A DNA stretch of 64,000 nt from Lama glama (GCA_028534125.1 CM052816.1:11100001-11164000); one strand, 5' to 3'. Counted from the first letter of the stretch, positions 49,032-62,660 are shown. Notes: generated from the sequence alone by a model not told the origin. Made by a program: numbers and translations.

Positions 49032-50885
49032 TGTGGGAACAGCATTCCAAGCAGAGGGAACAGCAGCAGCAAAGACCCTACAACAGAGTGGCCTTCGTGT
49101 TCATGCAACAGCAAGGAGGCCAGAGTGTAGAACAGAGTGAGCCAGGGGAGACTGATAGGGGATGAGGTCAGAGAGGGAGCAGGAAGCTAGATCACGCAGG
49201 GCTTGTGGGCCATTGTAAAGATGCTGATATTTACCCCAAGGGAATGATTTGAGCATAGACGTGACATGATCTGACTTACATTGGCTGCTTTGTTGAGAAT
49301 GGCCCAAAGCAGGGCAGGGTGGAAGCAGGGGACCCCATTTGTTAGTAGGCTGTTGTATGAGATGATGACAACCTGGGTTAGGGGGGCAGCCATGGAGGCA
49401 CTGAGAAGTGGGCAGATCTATTTCGAAGAAAGAACCAACAGATGGAATGACATGAAGAATGACTCTTAAGCTTTTCGGCCTGAGCAACTGGAAGGATGGA
49501 ATTACAATACACTGAGATGGAGAAGGCTGGGGCTAGAGCAGGTGTGTTCAGGAAGATCAGGAGTTCATCCTTGGACACATAGTTTCAGGCGTCTATCAGA
49601 CATCTGAATAGAGATGTGAAATCAGCAGAAGGATATACAAGTCTTAAATTTGGAAGAGAGATGAATGCTGGAAATGTTCATGTGTGAGTCAACAGGCTTG
49701 AGATGGGATTTGATGAGACAGCCAGAAGAGGGCATGTAGAGAGAAAAGAGGTCCAAGGACTGAGCCCGAGGCACTGCAATTCAAGCTGGGAGAGAAGAGG
49801 AGGAGCCTGCAAAGGATGTTGTCAAGAATTAACCAACAAGGTAGGAGAAAACCAAGAGAATGTGTCATCCTGAAAGCAAAGTGAAAAGTGTATCAGAGTG
49901 TGCCTGGAGCACAAGGAGGCAGGAGAAAACCAACAGAGATGAGGCTGGCGAGGCTGGCAAGAGCATGTTAGGAAGTGCTAGCCATTTATACCAAGAGTCT
50001 GGGCTTTATCCTAAGGGCAGTGGAAGCACTGATGGGTTTTAAATAGAGAAGTGACATCATCACTTTGTGCTTTGAAAGGTTCATTCTGGCTGCCTGGTGT
50101 GAGCAAAGAGTTGGAGAAAAACATCTCTGGGGATAGCAGAACTAGCTAGAAGGATGTTGTGCCTGTGGAGTGAGAGTTGATGGTGGCCTGGAGTAGGGAT
50201 GTGGTGATGGAGCTGGAGAGAAATGAAAAGACTTAAGAATTGTTTCTGTTGGTTGAATTGATAGGTCTTGGTGATTTACTGTCTTTGGAAAGTTAATGAA
50301 AAGGAAGAGTCACAGAAGATGCTCCAGTTTCTGACTTTGAAAACAGGGTGGGTGGGTGATGCCATTTGCTGAAATATGGCGTACAAAGGAATAAATCAGT
50401 TTGGAAAATATTGGGTTTTAAGTGTCCACGACATATTCAAAAGAATATTCTTGAGGGCTGTTGTGCACAGGGTCTGGTACTCAGGGAGGTCTGAAAGAGA
50501 AAGAAAGAGATGTACATTTAAGAATTATATGCCAATAGATGGTAATGGAAGCTATGGGAGTGGATGAAACAACCCATCACCTGTGTGGAGTGTGAAGAAA
50601 GGAAGATCTCAGTCAAAACCCTGAAGAACATCAATATTTTAGAGTTGGGCAGAGAATGGAGCTTCCAAAAGATGCTGAGGAAAGTCAGCTGGAGAAGTAA
50701 GAAGGGAAAATCAGAAGAATATGAAGTCACGGGAGCCAAAGGAAGAGGTGCTTTAAGAAGGAAGGAGTTGTCCTGCGTCCAATACTGCCAAAAGGCCAAA
50801 AAAATGACGCCTAGGACAGGACCATCAGATCTGACGATGGCAGCTGTGAGGGCAGAAGTCAGACTGCACCAAATTAAAGAGTGAC
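49032..50885 (-). mobile_element. L2 LINE fragments
   Basis: Purine-rich antisense L2 signature: gggaacagcattccaagcagagggaacagc...gtgacatgatctgacttac...gagcaactggaaggatgga. Confidence 0.8.
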
Positions 50886-50890
50886 ATAGA

Positions 50891-51520
50891 CTTTAAAAAC
50901 TAAAAATAGAGTTTCCATAGGATACAGCAATCCCACTCGTGGTAAAATATCTGGAGGAAACCCTAATTTGAAAAGATAGAGGCACCCCAATGCCCATAGC
51001 AGCACTATTTACAACAGTGAAGACATGGAAGCCACCTAAATGTCCATCGACAGACGACTGGATAAAAAAGATGTAGTATATATGTACAGTGGAATATTAT
51101 CCAGTCATAAAAAAGAATAAAATAACGCCATTTGCAACAACATGGATGGATCTAGAGATTATCGTACTGAGTGAAGTATATCAGACAGACAAAGACAAAT
51201 ATCCTATGATATTACTTATATGTGGAATCTAAAAAATTTGACACAACTGAACTTATTTACAGAACAGAAACAGATTCACAGACATAGAAAACAAACTTAT
51301 GGTTACCAAAGGGGAAAGAGGGGGAAGGATAACTTGGGAGATACAGAATAGAAAAACAACAAGGTCCTACACTATAACAGGGAACTAAATTCAGTATCTT
51401 GTAAAAACCTGTAATGAAAAAGAATATATATACATATATATGTACCTCAATCACTATGCTGCACACCAGAAACTAACACAATATTGTAAATCAACTATAC
51501 GTCAATAGATAAATAAATAA
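50891..51520 (+). mobile_element. 5'-truncated L1 3' end inserted in L2
   Basis: aaaaactaaaaatagag...cagcaatcccactc...aaatcaactatac plus an aataaataaa tail; imperfect TSD tgacat(a/g)ga. Confidence 0.92.
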
Positions 51521-53679
51521 ATGACATGGAGATGAAAAATTGTAGACAATAAATGTAAGCAATTATTTGACATAGTTTGCTATGTCTACATGCAAAAAGA
51601 AATAAATAAAATGGAGAATTGGGTGCCAGTCTTCACGCAAATTCTCTTAAAAGGTACCTTCATCTTAGGTGATAAAATACCTCAGGGGAAACATTTTCAC
51701 ATGAGTTTCCAAGATAATTTCATCAATTCTCCAGCTTGTTTGAGAACACAGACTCAGCCAAAGATGGTTATTCTAAGTCAGCTCAAATTTCCTTTCCTGG
51801 GAAACAAAATTGTGTTTAAGTAGGCCGCACAAATCCATCAGCTACTCATCATTTTTGTGACTGCCTTTAGAAATGCTTTCCAAATTCGTCAAGTTTCTCT
51901 TCGACCACTGAAGCATCACGAAATGGAAAGCTTACATAGTAGGGACTCATCCACTAGGTAAAAAAACCAAACAAAAACCTAACTAGTTAACTTAGGCCAA
52001 AAAAGGGGAAGACACTTATCACAAGGCCATGGAAGAGCTCACACAAATAGACCCACAAAGCTTGAAACACCCGAAAGGGCACCGAGCAAAGCAGCTTCGG
52101 GCATCTACATGGCAGGAACTGATAAGAACCATCTCTTGAAGGTAGCACTCTCAGGGAACAGTGTGGCCAACTTGGGTCACAAACCTACTTTGTGCAAGAG
52201 AGCCAAAGACATCTTGATTGACAGTTTCATCAACACGGGGGCTGGATGTTCCCCCAAGGAAAAGTGAGGTGCTGGAACAGAGAATAGAGGCTGGACATTC
52301 ACCACAGCCCCTAGGAGAGTCAAGTCCTGGCGTACCCAGCTGCCTGTAAGACCTGATACAGTCAATCCCTGAACGATACTCATTCAAACCAAGACTCCCT
52401 GCAGTGTCACCAGCAACACTCCTTCTTTGGCGATGATTTCTACCTCCCTCTTCCTTCTCTATCTCCTTCCTGGGCTTAAACGTACCGACAAATCCTCAGA
52501 CACTATAGCAGACCATGCTGTTTTCATCTCTCTGGCCAATCTTCCTCCTTCTTCCAAATGAGAGTTTCAAATCCCAAAATTCAACCTGGGACAGTGATGG
52601 ATGGAGCATCTGAGCTCCCCACCTCTCTTACCTGGCTCATTTGATTAGTGGAGACAGCCGAAATAGAAAATTCAGACCCCAAAGTATGTTTTGAGTCGGG
52701 ATGATTCCATTTGGCTGAATCCCCAGACGGCAGAACTGGAGAGCTGTCAAATACCCACTTTCCTTTGTGCTGGGCACGTGCAGCTGGCTGAGAGTCCTAA
52801 TGTCTTTGTAGTAAATAAGTTCACACAAGTCCTTGTTCTCCAGGACTACAACTGTCCTCTATGCACCCCAGTCATCACTTAATTGTGTGCAAAAAGAAAT
52901 GTCAAGATCATTCTCTTCTTAACTCATCATGGGGAAGTAGTTGCTGAGCAAAAGAGTTATAGGCAAATAAGACTCCATAAACAGGAGTTTTATTTTGCAA
53001 AAAGATGTGTTTCTGGAAAGACACATTTTTTTTTCCCATTCATTTTGCTGTTGTTCTGTTAACTAATACTCATGTCGCCATTGGTTAATGAGTTCAGAAT
53101 GGCTTCATTGTTGCCTAAGCTTCAGTCTTTAGCAGCATGATAATGTGGCAGTGAAATGTTCTGGCTTTTAAAGCAGCCAGCCTGAGTTTGAATTCAATTC
53201 CACTTTTTACTGGTTACATCCCCTTAAGCACATTACTTAGTGTTTTTGAATCCTGTTTTCTATGTATGTAAAAGGGAGTTGGTTCTTTTCTTAGTGAGCA
53301 ATAAATAAGAACCCAAACTACTGGGCACAAAGTAAAAAATCCAGTGAATTTGAGCAGTTATTATTAGTTTTACTTCTTTACATTTCTGGGCTCTCCAGCT
53401 ATGTGAAACACCACTTGAAAATAATTCTTTAAAAAATGTTTTAATTGTAAAATTAGAAAATGTTTATTGTAGAAATTTTGGAAGATACAGGAAAAGAATA
53501 AAGAAAAACACAAAAAAAATGACCCTTAATCTCACCTCTGAGGTAACCATCCCTAACACTCTGATTTTATCTATGCATACAGATGCCCTATTTTTGCTCA
53601 GTTCTTCCAAGAATTACAAGAACTGTTAATTAAAGGAATCTGGCTCATTTAGGTGAATTCTCTTAAAAGAACTTTTATT

Positions 53680-54180
53680 GTTGTTGAGGTATTAATATAC
53701 CATAAAATTCACCTTTTTAAAGTATAGTATTTGGTAGTTTTTAGTATGTTTGCAAGTTATGAGACAATCACCACTATCCAATTTCAGAACATTTTTATCA
53801 TTCCTCCCAAAAAACCCCACACCTATTAGTAGTCATTCCCTATTTCTTACACCCCAGGCTCTTGGCAACCACTCATCTACCTTCTGTCTGTAAGGATTTG
53901 TCTGTTTGAGACATTTCCTGTAAATGGAATCATAGGCTACATGGCCTTTCGTATCTGGCTTCTTTCACTTAGTGTAATTTTTCAAGGTTTACCCATGTTA
54001 TAGCATGTATCAGTGTTTCCTTCCTTTTCCTGGATGAATAATATTCCATTTTATGGCTATAACACAGTTTGTTTATCCATCTATTAGTTGATGGAAATTT
54101 GGATTTATTTCACTTTTTGATTATTATGAACAATGCTGTTATGAACATTCATGTACAAGTTTTTGTGTGGACAAATGCGG
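53680..54180 (-). mobile_element. Old L1 (L1M-type) 3' fragment
   Basis: cataaaattcaccttttt...aatttcagaacatttttatca...gaacattcatgtacaagtttttgtgtggaca. Confidence 0.85.
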
Positions 54181-54251
54181 TGAATCCTTCTGAAAAGCAA
54201 GAACTTCTAAAAAAAATCTAGTGGAACTCTAAAATGCTCTCCATAAATTGT

Positions 54252-54667
54252 GTTATGAATTGAACTGTGTCCACCAATAAGAAAAGTTGAACTCCTAACC
54301 ATGAGTACCAGTAAATGTGACCATATCTGGAAGTAGGGTCTTGGCAGATGATCAAGTTAAGACTGCTGTGTCCATATTAAAAGGGGAAATTTGGTCAGAT
54401 ACGCACACAAGGAGAAGGCCAAGATAAAGGCAGAGATTGGGGTGAATGAAGCATCTCCAAACAAAGGAAGGGCAAAGATTGACAGAAAAGCACCAGAAGC
54501 TCAGAGGCCAGGAATAGATTCTCCATCACAGCCCTCAGAAGGAACCAACCCTGCTAACACCTTAATCTAGGACTTCCAGCCTCCAGACCTGGGAAACAAT
54601 CAATTTCTGTTGTTTAAACCACCCAGCCTGAGGTGCTTTGTTACAGCAGCCCTGGGAAACTAATACA
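54252..54667 (+). mobile_element. MaLR solo LTR, MLT1B/C-like
   Basis: gttatgaattgaactgtgtcc...cagccctcagaaggaaccaaccctgctaacacctt...tttgttacagcagccctgggaaactaataca. Confidence 0.85.
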
Positions 54668-56199
54668 CACTGGAATGAATCTTCTTGGCATCCAAACCAA
54701 AGATCAAAGGTCTGGGGTTACTGGATATCTGCTTGGGGATCAATTTCTCTTCCCTTTGTCACCAGGGATGTTTCTAGGTTTTGGCTTCTCCCCCCTCCCT
54801 CTTTTTTAGCTCTTTACTGTTCTGCTCTGCTCTTGGTTCTGTAGACCTAATTCCATCTACTGAGCCCTTAAATTTTCTTTGATCTTAAAACATCTGCCCA
54901 GCACTTTTGGGGATTAGCTGTTGTTCAGTATAAGTGAGAGCATTTACCTTGTCCCTACTTAAGATATGAGATAATTTTTCCAGTTTCGGTGTTCAGCGAC
55001 TCAGGCTACTTATGAGTATACACTGGGCATAAGAGATGTCCTGGATTCCAAGGTGTTCCTGGATAAGAAAAGACTCTTAGAGAAAACTTGCCCCCAGAAA
55101 GCGTGTGGGAAGAAAATATTAGTCAGGGATTTTTTTTTCTATGTCTGATGCTTAAGAAATGCTGATTCAGTTGGAAAATAATTCTGGGGGCCTGGTGTGA
55201 GCACCTTACCAGAAAACCAAGTGAAAAATCCATAAAACAAAGAACGGGCAGGGGTGGGGGGAGATTCAGACAGAATGGGGGCTATGAGTAAAGCAAACAA
55301 TTGGAATGACTTAATTATTATACATTTTAAATAGCAATAGAAGAACAGAAAAATCAAATATGGGATACCATACAATGGAACTCATAAATGAGCCAGAGCT
55401 ACATGTAGCAACACGGACAAATCTCCAAATTAGGAAGTTGTTTAAAGATACTAACATAGCAAAAACAATTTTTCAACGTGCATGGGTAAAACATATTCCG
55501 CTTCAGCCAAGCAGTTACTCCTGGGGAAATGTGCATAGAAGAAAAAGAGAAGACTGAATTTGGAAGCACTTGGAAAGAGTTAAAATAACAAGCATTCACT
55601 GTTGGGTTAAGTTAACGTACATCATCATCCAATCCTCCCAGTGGTCTCAAGAGGTAAATAATTTTCTCATCTCCATTTGGTAAGTGAAGAAACCGAGGCA
55701 CAGAGAGTAAGGACGCTTTCAAGGTCTCACGGCTGGTGAGCTTCAACTCCAGAGCCAGTGCTCTTAAAGTCTACGCTCTAGGGCCTTCTACAAATGGTCG
55801 AAATACTGAATTGCTGGGGATATTGTTATTACGAAAGAACAGAGCCGTTTCGAGAGTCTTCTGCTAGAAACACCTTTAAGAGAGCAGACAGCTTCTTTCT
55901 CCAGGAGGATCAGAGCCCACTTGAACCTCAAATACCCCATTTGGCTTAGGGGACAGCTCAGCGCTTCCATAAAGCTGGGAGGGGAGGGGTAAATGGGAAC
56001 ATTTAGCTTTTGTGACTGAACTGTGGGGGCGTTGGAACCCTTCCACCCACTTGAAAAACGGTCGCCCAGCTGACATTAATAGAAAAAGACCATTAAAAAG
56101 CTTTATGCTATTCTGTTCTCCTGGTTCTGGTCCCTCTTTGCCTCTGTTGCTGCTGGCGTTTTATAAATTATGGATGCGCCTAGGTGCTGCTGTTCCCCT

Positions 56200-56680
56200 G
56201 CATCCTCTGTAGTGCCGCTCGCTCCCCGCGCCTGCATCGCATCCTTCCTCTGAGCAAAGGACCGAGCGGCCCAGACCCCACATCGGTGTAATTAGCGCGC
56301 CGCGCACAGCCCGGGTGTCAGGGCCGCTTCCCCTCCCCGCCAGCCCTCCGCCAGCCCCTGTCACTCACGCGGAAGGCGGCCGGCCGGGCGGCGGCAGCGG
56401 GGAGCGGCCCCTCACGGCGGAGCCGCGGGGTCCCCGCCTGCGAGCCTGGGGTCTGGGGACAACTCGAGTTCGGCAGCTGCCTCAGACAGTGTGGAGAGGA
56501 GGGACGTTAGTATCTGCCCCTTGACTGGCCCCAGAGAAGGCTTGGAGGAGGGCGTGGCTGGAAGGTGGGTGGGAAAGGCGTGAGGAGGCCGCAGCTGAAA
56601 CGGATTTGGGGAAAGGCCGCTGGCTGGCGGGATACGCCCTGCGGGTGGTTCCCGGAGGCTGGGGGGTGGTAGGCTGAGGA
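56200..56680. promoter_or_regulatory. Second (orphan) CpG island, probable promoter or enhancer
   Basis: Dense CpG (e.g. gcgcgccgcgc, ggcggccggccgggcggcggc); minus-strand donor CCGC|GTGAGT at 56368-56363; no recognisable CDS. Confidence 0.75.
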
Positions 56681-59074
56681 GCACCTTGTATTTTAACGGA
56701 TTTGTATTTATTTTCAAGTTGATAGAGCTCGAGATAGAAATGAAAACAGAGACAGAGACAAGAGATGGATCTCACGCACCAAACCCATGCTTACAATTTC
56801 ATGGACATTGTTGTAAAAGCAGATACATTCTTACGTTCAATTTTAGTTGAAAGAAAAATTAACTTACACACAGGTGACGTGCAAAGATGATAAAGGACAC
56901 GCAAATCACAGAGAACTGCAAGAGAAGCAGGGATTCTCAATCGTTTGGAGAGTCATGGGTCCCTCTAAGAACTTAATGGGAAAAAAAATTTTTTTTTAAG
57001 AATTTGATGAAAGTAGAGGACTTCCCTGCACCCAGCCCCCAAAATATACACATACTCACAAACTTAGAGTGCAAAGGTAACGGTTTTGCAGATCCCCTGA
57101 AGGGCATTCCTTGACCACAAGGGGTATGTGGATCCCAGACTGAGACCCTGTGAGCTATACCGTGAGGTCCTCCAAGACAGGAACTGGGCCTTTTTCGTAA
57201 CTGTATCCCAGGCACATCAGAGATGCTCAAAAAATGTTTGCTCAAGAAATCCATGAGCTGTAGTTCAAATCCTCTTGTTTTACCCTCCAAGGAGCCCAGA
57301 AAGATCAATGAATTTGTCTAAGATCACAAAGCTAAGGCAAAAATCCACATCTCCTGATTCCCAACTACTCCATGGAAGGCTCCTGTCTCCCACTTACCTC
57401 TCTCCTCTAAGTTTTTAGCCACCTGCACTACCTCTCCTGCCTGCGTCGCCTCCCGAGTATCCAATTTGTTGGGATTTCAGAGATGAAAGAAAAAGTGGAA
57501 GGTGAGAAGGAGAAGCAAGATAGGCCAAAGAGGATGTCAGCTTTGGCCCAGGGCCCTCCCTCCTGATACTTCCCACCCCCACCTGCCTCCCAAGCACCTG
57601 TGGTCAATAAAGGAAACAGAGAGGGCCGTGAGCCCAGGACAGCCCACTGTGCTGTTAGTGATGGCATGAAGGAGACAGATTTAATTTCCTCGGGGTGTTC
57701 TACCTACGTCCTTTCTCGGATGGTTATGAGATGTACGAAGTTTACATAAGAGACCCGTTAATGCTCCATCTCTGGGGTTAATATTTAATTAGACGGTTTT
57801 TAAAAATGAATTCTATTATGGGGAAAACGGCTTCAGTGCTTATTTCTTTCCTCTGGGATGCAGTGTTCAGACACAATTCTAAGCCCTTCGTGGTTCCCAT
57901 GGAAACTCTGCCCACTGGTGACTCCATGCCGGGCACGGGGCAGCAAAGGCCCAGTGAGGACCTCAGATGTGGGAGACTTACAGGGCTCCTAAATCTTCTT
58001 TAAGGGTTCAGCATCTGGCTAACCGCGCATGTCCAGGGTCAGGGACCTCACTATTCCAAACACAGCCTATCCAGTTTTTGAACCATCCTGATGGTGCCGA
58101 CGCCTTCTGTAGATTAAGATCAAATTACTAGCTTCTAGTGCTCTTAATTCACCAATCTGTGGCCACAGAGACCAAGCCCAACTCCTCTTTCACGTAGGTT
58201 TCTAATTATCATCATTATTTGAACACGTACGTGGGTAGGTACTATGCTAAGCAATTTATATACACATCTCACTGAATCCACACACAACCATGTGACATAG
58301 GTGTCATTAATGTTCTCAATTCACACATGACCTGACCAGAGCCATTAGTAAATATCGGAATGGGATTCCAACAAATCCAGGTGTCTCTACCCCATGCTTT
58401 CTACCATAATGCCACACAGCCTCTCACTGCTTCTCCTCCAGAGCCCTTGAGAATTTGAAGTCAAGACTCGTGTTTCCCCTCCCCTTCCGACTCCCTAGGG
58501 CTTCTCTTTCTAGGCTAAAATCTGCAGTCCTTTTAGCCCAAAGTGAATGGTTTCTGCTTCCCCATCATTGGGGCCAACACTGGTGATTCTCCTGTACCCA
58601 CACTCCACGTGGTCTGTGCCCCACTTCAAGGAGGTGGTGCCCGCATCCCAGCCCAGCAGTTCTGTGGCTAGTTCATTCAGAATACCCTGGGCCTTACATT
58701 CCTCACATTTAATGCAGACATTGCAGTGTGAGAGGAAATGAAATTTCTGTTGGTTCCCATTTTATGTTTAGGCTTAACTCAAACCCATATGTATTTTGTT
58801 GCACAAAATTTTCTTCTGCTAAACCATGTTTTCCAGTCCTTTGCCTTTATACTTGTTTATTTGGAACTAAATATACGTTTTGAATTTGCACTTCTCACTA
58901 TTTAAATTCCGTCCTTAAATCTGGTCCACGCTGCCAACATCTTGAGATATTTAAGAACTTGATACTCATTGAATTTTTTCGTAGCTCTCAACTCTGTGCT
59001 ATCCCCAAATGTGATAAGCCTGCCTTCCAGGTTTCTAAGTTGTTGATAAACAAACAGAAATGAGGAGCCCTGAA

Positions 59075-59317
59075 CTTGTAAATAAGTTCATTTGTGTCCT
59101 TTTCTTCTTCTTCTTTTTTTTTGGGGGGGGGTTCCACGTATAAGATATATCATATGGTATTTTTCTTTCTCTTTCTGGCTTACTTCACTTAGTATGACAA
59201 TCTCCAGGTCCACTCATGTTGCTGAAAATGGCATTATTTTATTATTTTTTATGGCTGAGTGGTATTCCATTATATATATATACCACAGCTTCTTCGTCCA
59301 GTTATCTGTCAATGGAC
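59075..59317 (-). mobile_element. L1 3' fragment
   Basis: gtaaataagttcatttgtgtc...ggcttacttcacttagtatgacaatctccaggtcc...tctgtcaatggac. Confidence 0.85.
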
Positions 59318-59999
59318 TCTTCATTCTTTGAGTCAGTCTTCCTGGGATTGCCTCCCATAGAAAATATCTCCTCCCAAGTTTGTGTCTTGGCTCTCAGGAA
59401 ATATAAACGGGCAAATAAGAAGCTGGGGCCAGTGAAGAGAGAGAAGGTGGATCATTTCTGTGTGATTTCAGGACTTTACAGAATATTTTATGTTTAAATT
59501 CTTTGTTAAGAAAATACATATCAAAAATAGAGAAACTTTGGAACTAGAGAACTGAAGGGGAAAATCTAACCACAAGACCACCAACTTAACAAAATTATCA
59601 GTCAGCATTTTTATATGCTGTATTTCTAATTAATTAATTTTAAACACATTCATTTTATTAGTTAGAACTTCTTACATTGATAGCATAAGGGTAAGTTTTC
59701 TCTAATTTGTGGATTGCAGGAATCTTAATCCATTCATTTTTTTTCTTTTTTCTTTTCCTCTGGTCCCATGCCCTTTGTTTTTTTCTTCTAGTTTTGTTGA
59801 GAAATAACTGACCTACAGCACTGTATAAGTTTAAGGTGTACAACATAATGATTTAATATATTGTATTTCTTTTCCATCTTTCTCTAGGTATATTTTAATA
59901 TCAAGAGAATTACACTCTCTATGCCACTTCGTATCTTTTTTAACTTAGTGTCTTCTTATTCTTTCGATGTTGTCAAATAGTCCAAAAGCCATTACTTTT

Positions 60000-60174
60000 T
60001 TTAATAAGTAAATGTTGCTGCTTTATTTTGCTTTGTTGTTGTTTTTTTTTTTTTATGAGGGGGAGATAATTAGGTTTATTTATTTATTCCTATTTAAAGG
60101 AGGTGCTGGGGATTGAACCCAGGACCTCATGCATGCTAAGTATGCGCTCCATCACTTAAGCTATAGCCTCCCCC
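60000..60174 (-). mobile_element. tRNA-Ala-derived SINE, camelid Vic-1-like, with TSD
   Basis: Minus strand GGGGGAGGCTATAGCTTAAGTGATGGAGCGCATACTTAGCATGCATGAGGTCCTGGGTTCAATCCCCAGCACCTCC carries A and B boxes and an A-rich tail; TSD ccaaaag(c/t)catta(c/g)tttt at 59982-59999 and 60177-60194. Confidence 0.85.
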
Positions 60175-62059
60175 TGCCAAAAGTCATTAGTTTTAATAGC
60201 ACTGTTTAATAATCATCTCTTTAGTTATTGGTCTCGCCGGGGGTCCTCGACCTTTTGAGGGCTGTGCCTATGTCTTATTTATCTTTTTCTTCATAGCACT
60301 AGCTCAGCGCCAGGCACACATTTAAGTGTTCATTAAAGCTCATTAAATTAGAGTGAAGACACCATGGTTTACTTTGGCATTTTTGTATGGCTACACGTGA
60401 GTTGTTTCCAAATTTTCAAGCTCTTCACTCATGCTGCTGTGAACATATGGCATTTAAAACATCTTGGATTTTCCATCGCCCCTTCTCTCCCTGTGTCTAT
60501 ATTGGCCTCATTCGTATAATGAACTTCGGCAATTCAGTTCCTGTGAAAAGTGATGGAGCGAACAACTGAGAACCTGTTACCTGTTCCGTCGGTTCTGCAG
60601 CTCATGAGCAGGAGCAGTTCCACTTGGATAAACAAACCCAGCAGGTAACCCTAACCTTGCCATCCTGATTGGAAATTTCCATTAGGGTTATTCCATGCCA
60701 AGTAGTATTCCACAGGTTCCTGGAAAGGACACATTTTAATTTCTTCCATTGATCACAGACCTGAGAAAGTCAATTTACGTACCTGCTGACATCACCTTGT
60801 TTTATAAACACTATGCTAATGAATAAATAATAATTCAATAATAGTAAGAGTAGACCAAATTTATTTTTCATCTCTAATATGCCAGATACTTTATATATGC
60901 CATCAATCAACTGTCACAGTACAACTCTCTGAGGTAGCTATTATTATCCTATTATTATTTATTATTTATTTTTATTTTCTTAAATTCTTATTTTTTATTG
61001 TAGTCAATTTACAATGTTAGTTTCAGTTGTACAGCAAAGTGACTCAGTTATAGACATACATACATATATATTTTAAAAATTCTTTTCCATTACAGCCTCA
61101 TTACAAGAAATTGGATATAGTTTTCTATGCACATTATAATTAATTTCTGGAGAGCTTTGAGATATATTGCTGTTCCCCTTGAGATTCTAATTCAGTCGAG
61201 CTGAGCTGAGGTGTAGGCAGTCTTGAGAATCCCTGAGCCAACTGGCCACTTTATAAATCCCCAAATAAAATGAGATGTACAACAAGTAGGGTTTGTTGAG
61301 AATGTCTATTATGATCCCAAGTAAAAAGGCAACTCTCAAGTTCAGTCTATACATGGAATATACTTAACAAAAAATGGGGATTGGAAGACATTGAAGATGA
61401 TTTGTCTTATGTGTCTGCCTTAGACCAACCTGTTTTGTTAGAGCTTTGCTGTGGAATTCTCAGTACTTTCATCCATCTTTTACCTAATTATTTACGGTTT
61501 CTTTGATGACAAGCAGGGGTCTTAGGCTCCATGCTTAGTGCAGGGTTCGAAGGCCTGGGCTGGGTATGAAGTAGAAACAGTACTGGCTGGAGATAAAACC
61601 AAGGTGAAGCAAATAATTCCTTCTATTCAGGTCTCACTATGAGAGGGGCAAGCAGAGAATTTGCCCTGAAGCAAGAGGATGGGAAATGTAGGGTCCAGAA
61701 TAGAGAGGGCATGGAGAACAAAAGGAATGGCCGGGAAAGGTTCCCCGAAGCACTGGCATATAGATAAGGAGGGCTCTTCTAGGCACCCGTGCTATGACCT
61801 CAGGTAGGGAGGGAACCATGACGCCACTGAGGACAACGAGCTGGTAGAGGATTCTCCCATCCTTGCAGGAAATTCAGCCCAGCATTTGAAGAAAGAATAA
61901 TTCTCTTCAGGTATCTTTAGAAGGTGAAGCATTTTATCCCACTGCAAGAGTAGTGTTAGAAATAATTATTGTATCAATTGCCTACTTTTTGCTAGTGTTC
62001 AGACTCTTCCATTAACTTCTTTAATCCCCATAATAACTCTATGACTAGTTACTATTATT

Positions 62060-62660
62060 AGCTTCTGGGCTGGATATGGGCAGTTGGTACTCGGCATCAA
62101 TTTCCATCTTTCAGGTAGCTTCCTGTTTTGGAGAGGCTACAAAGCTAATGATTCATTTCCAGATGCCCTTGCAGCTAGGGTTCTAGATGCGAGAGAGATT
62201 TCAGGAAGTAGATGCACTCAGGCAAGATTGAGAAGGCAGCAAAATAAAGTCAAGAGCAATTTCCTGCTCTATTTGTTGTTTTCAGCTGGCAGAAAGTGTA
62301 CGGAGATACTAACGTCTCATCTCCAGGTTCCAGAGGCAGTGGTAGTGGTAGCGGCAGCTGGCTTTCATGGTCCAGTGTCCAGATGGGATGTCATGCTGCC
62401 AGTGGAGGCTTTCCCGATCTCTGGACAGCAGCCAAGATGGTATTTTCTGGACCTCAGTTGTTTCAGTGGCAAGCTGCCAGTTACTCACTGTCCCAGTTGT
62501 GACAAAGGTCATAGCTCCCATGATATTCTGAGAGTCATTCCTACATGCCCAATGTAGCCCATGCCTTCAGCCCTTCAAATAATTTTGTAAGTGCTTCATT
62601 CCCAGTAATAAATCTCTGTGCTTCAAAATTCTTAAGGTGATTTCAGTTTCCTGTGCTGAA
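62060..62660 (+). mobile_element. ERVL LTR, LTR33-like
   Basis: catttccagatgcccttgcagctagggttctagatg...aataaatctctgtgcttcaaaat...gtttcctg. Confidence 0.6.

Noticed and set aside
48434..49114. 226-aa and 181-aa ORFs
   Set aside because: Artefacts of translating through the 500-N gap; the same applies to 29902..30150.
60100..60174. Possible tRNA-Ala gene
   Set aside because: Diverged arms, SINE tail and TSD show it is a retroposed SINE.
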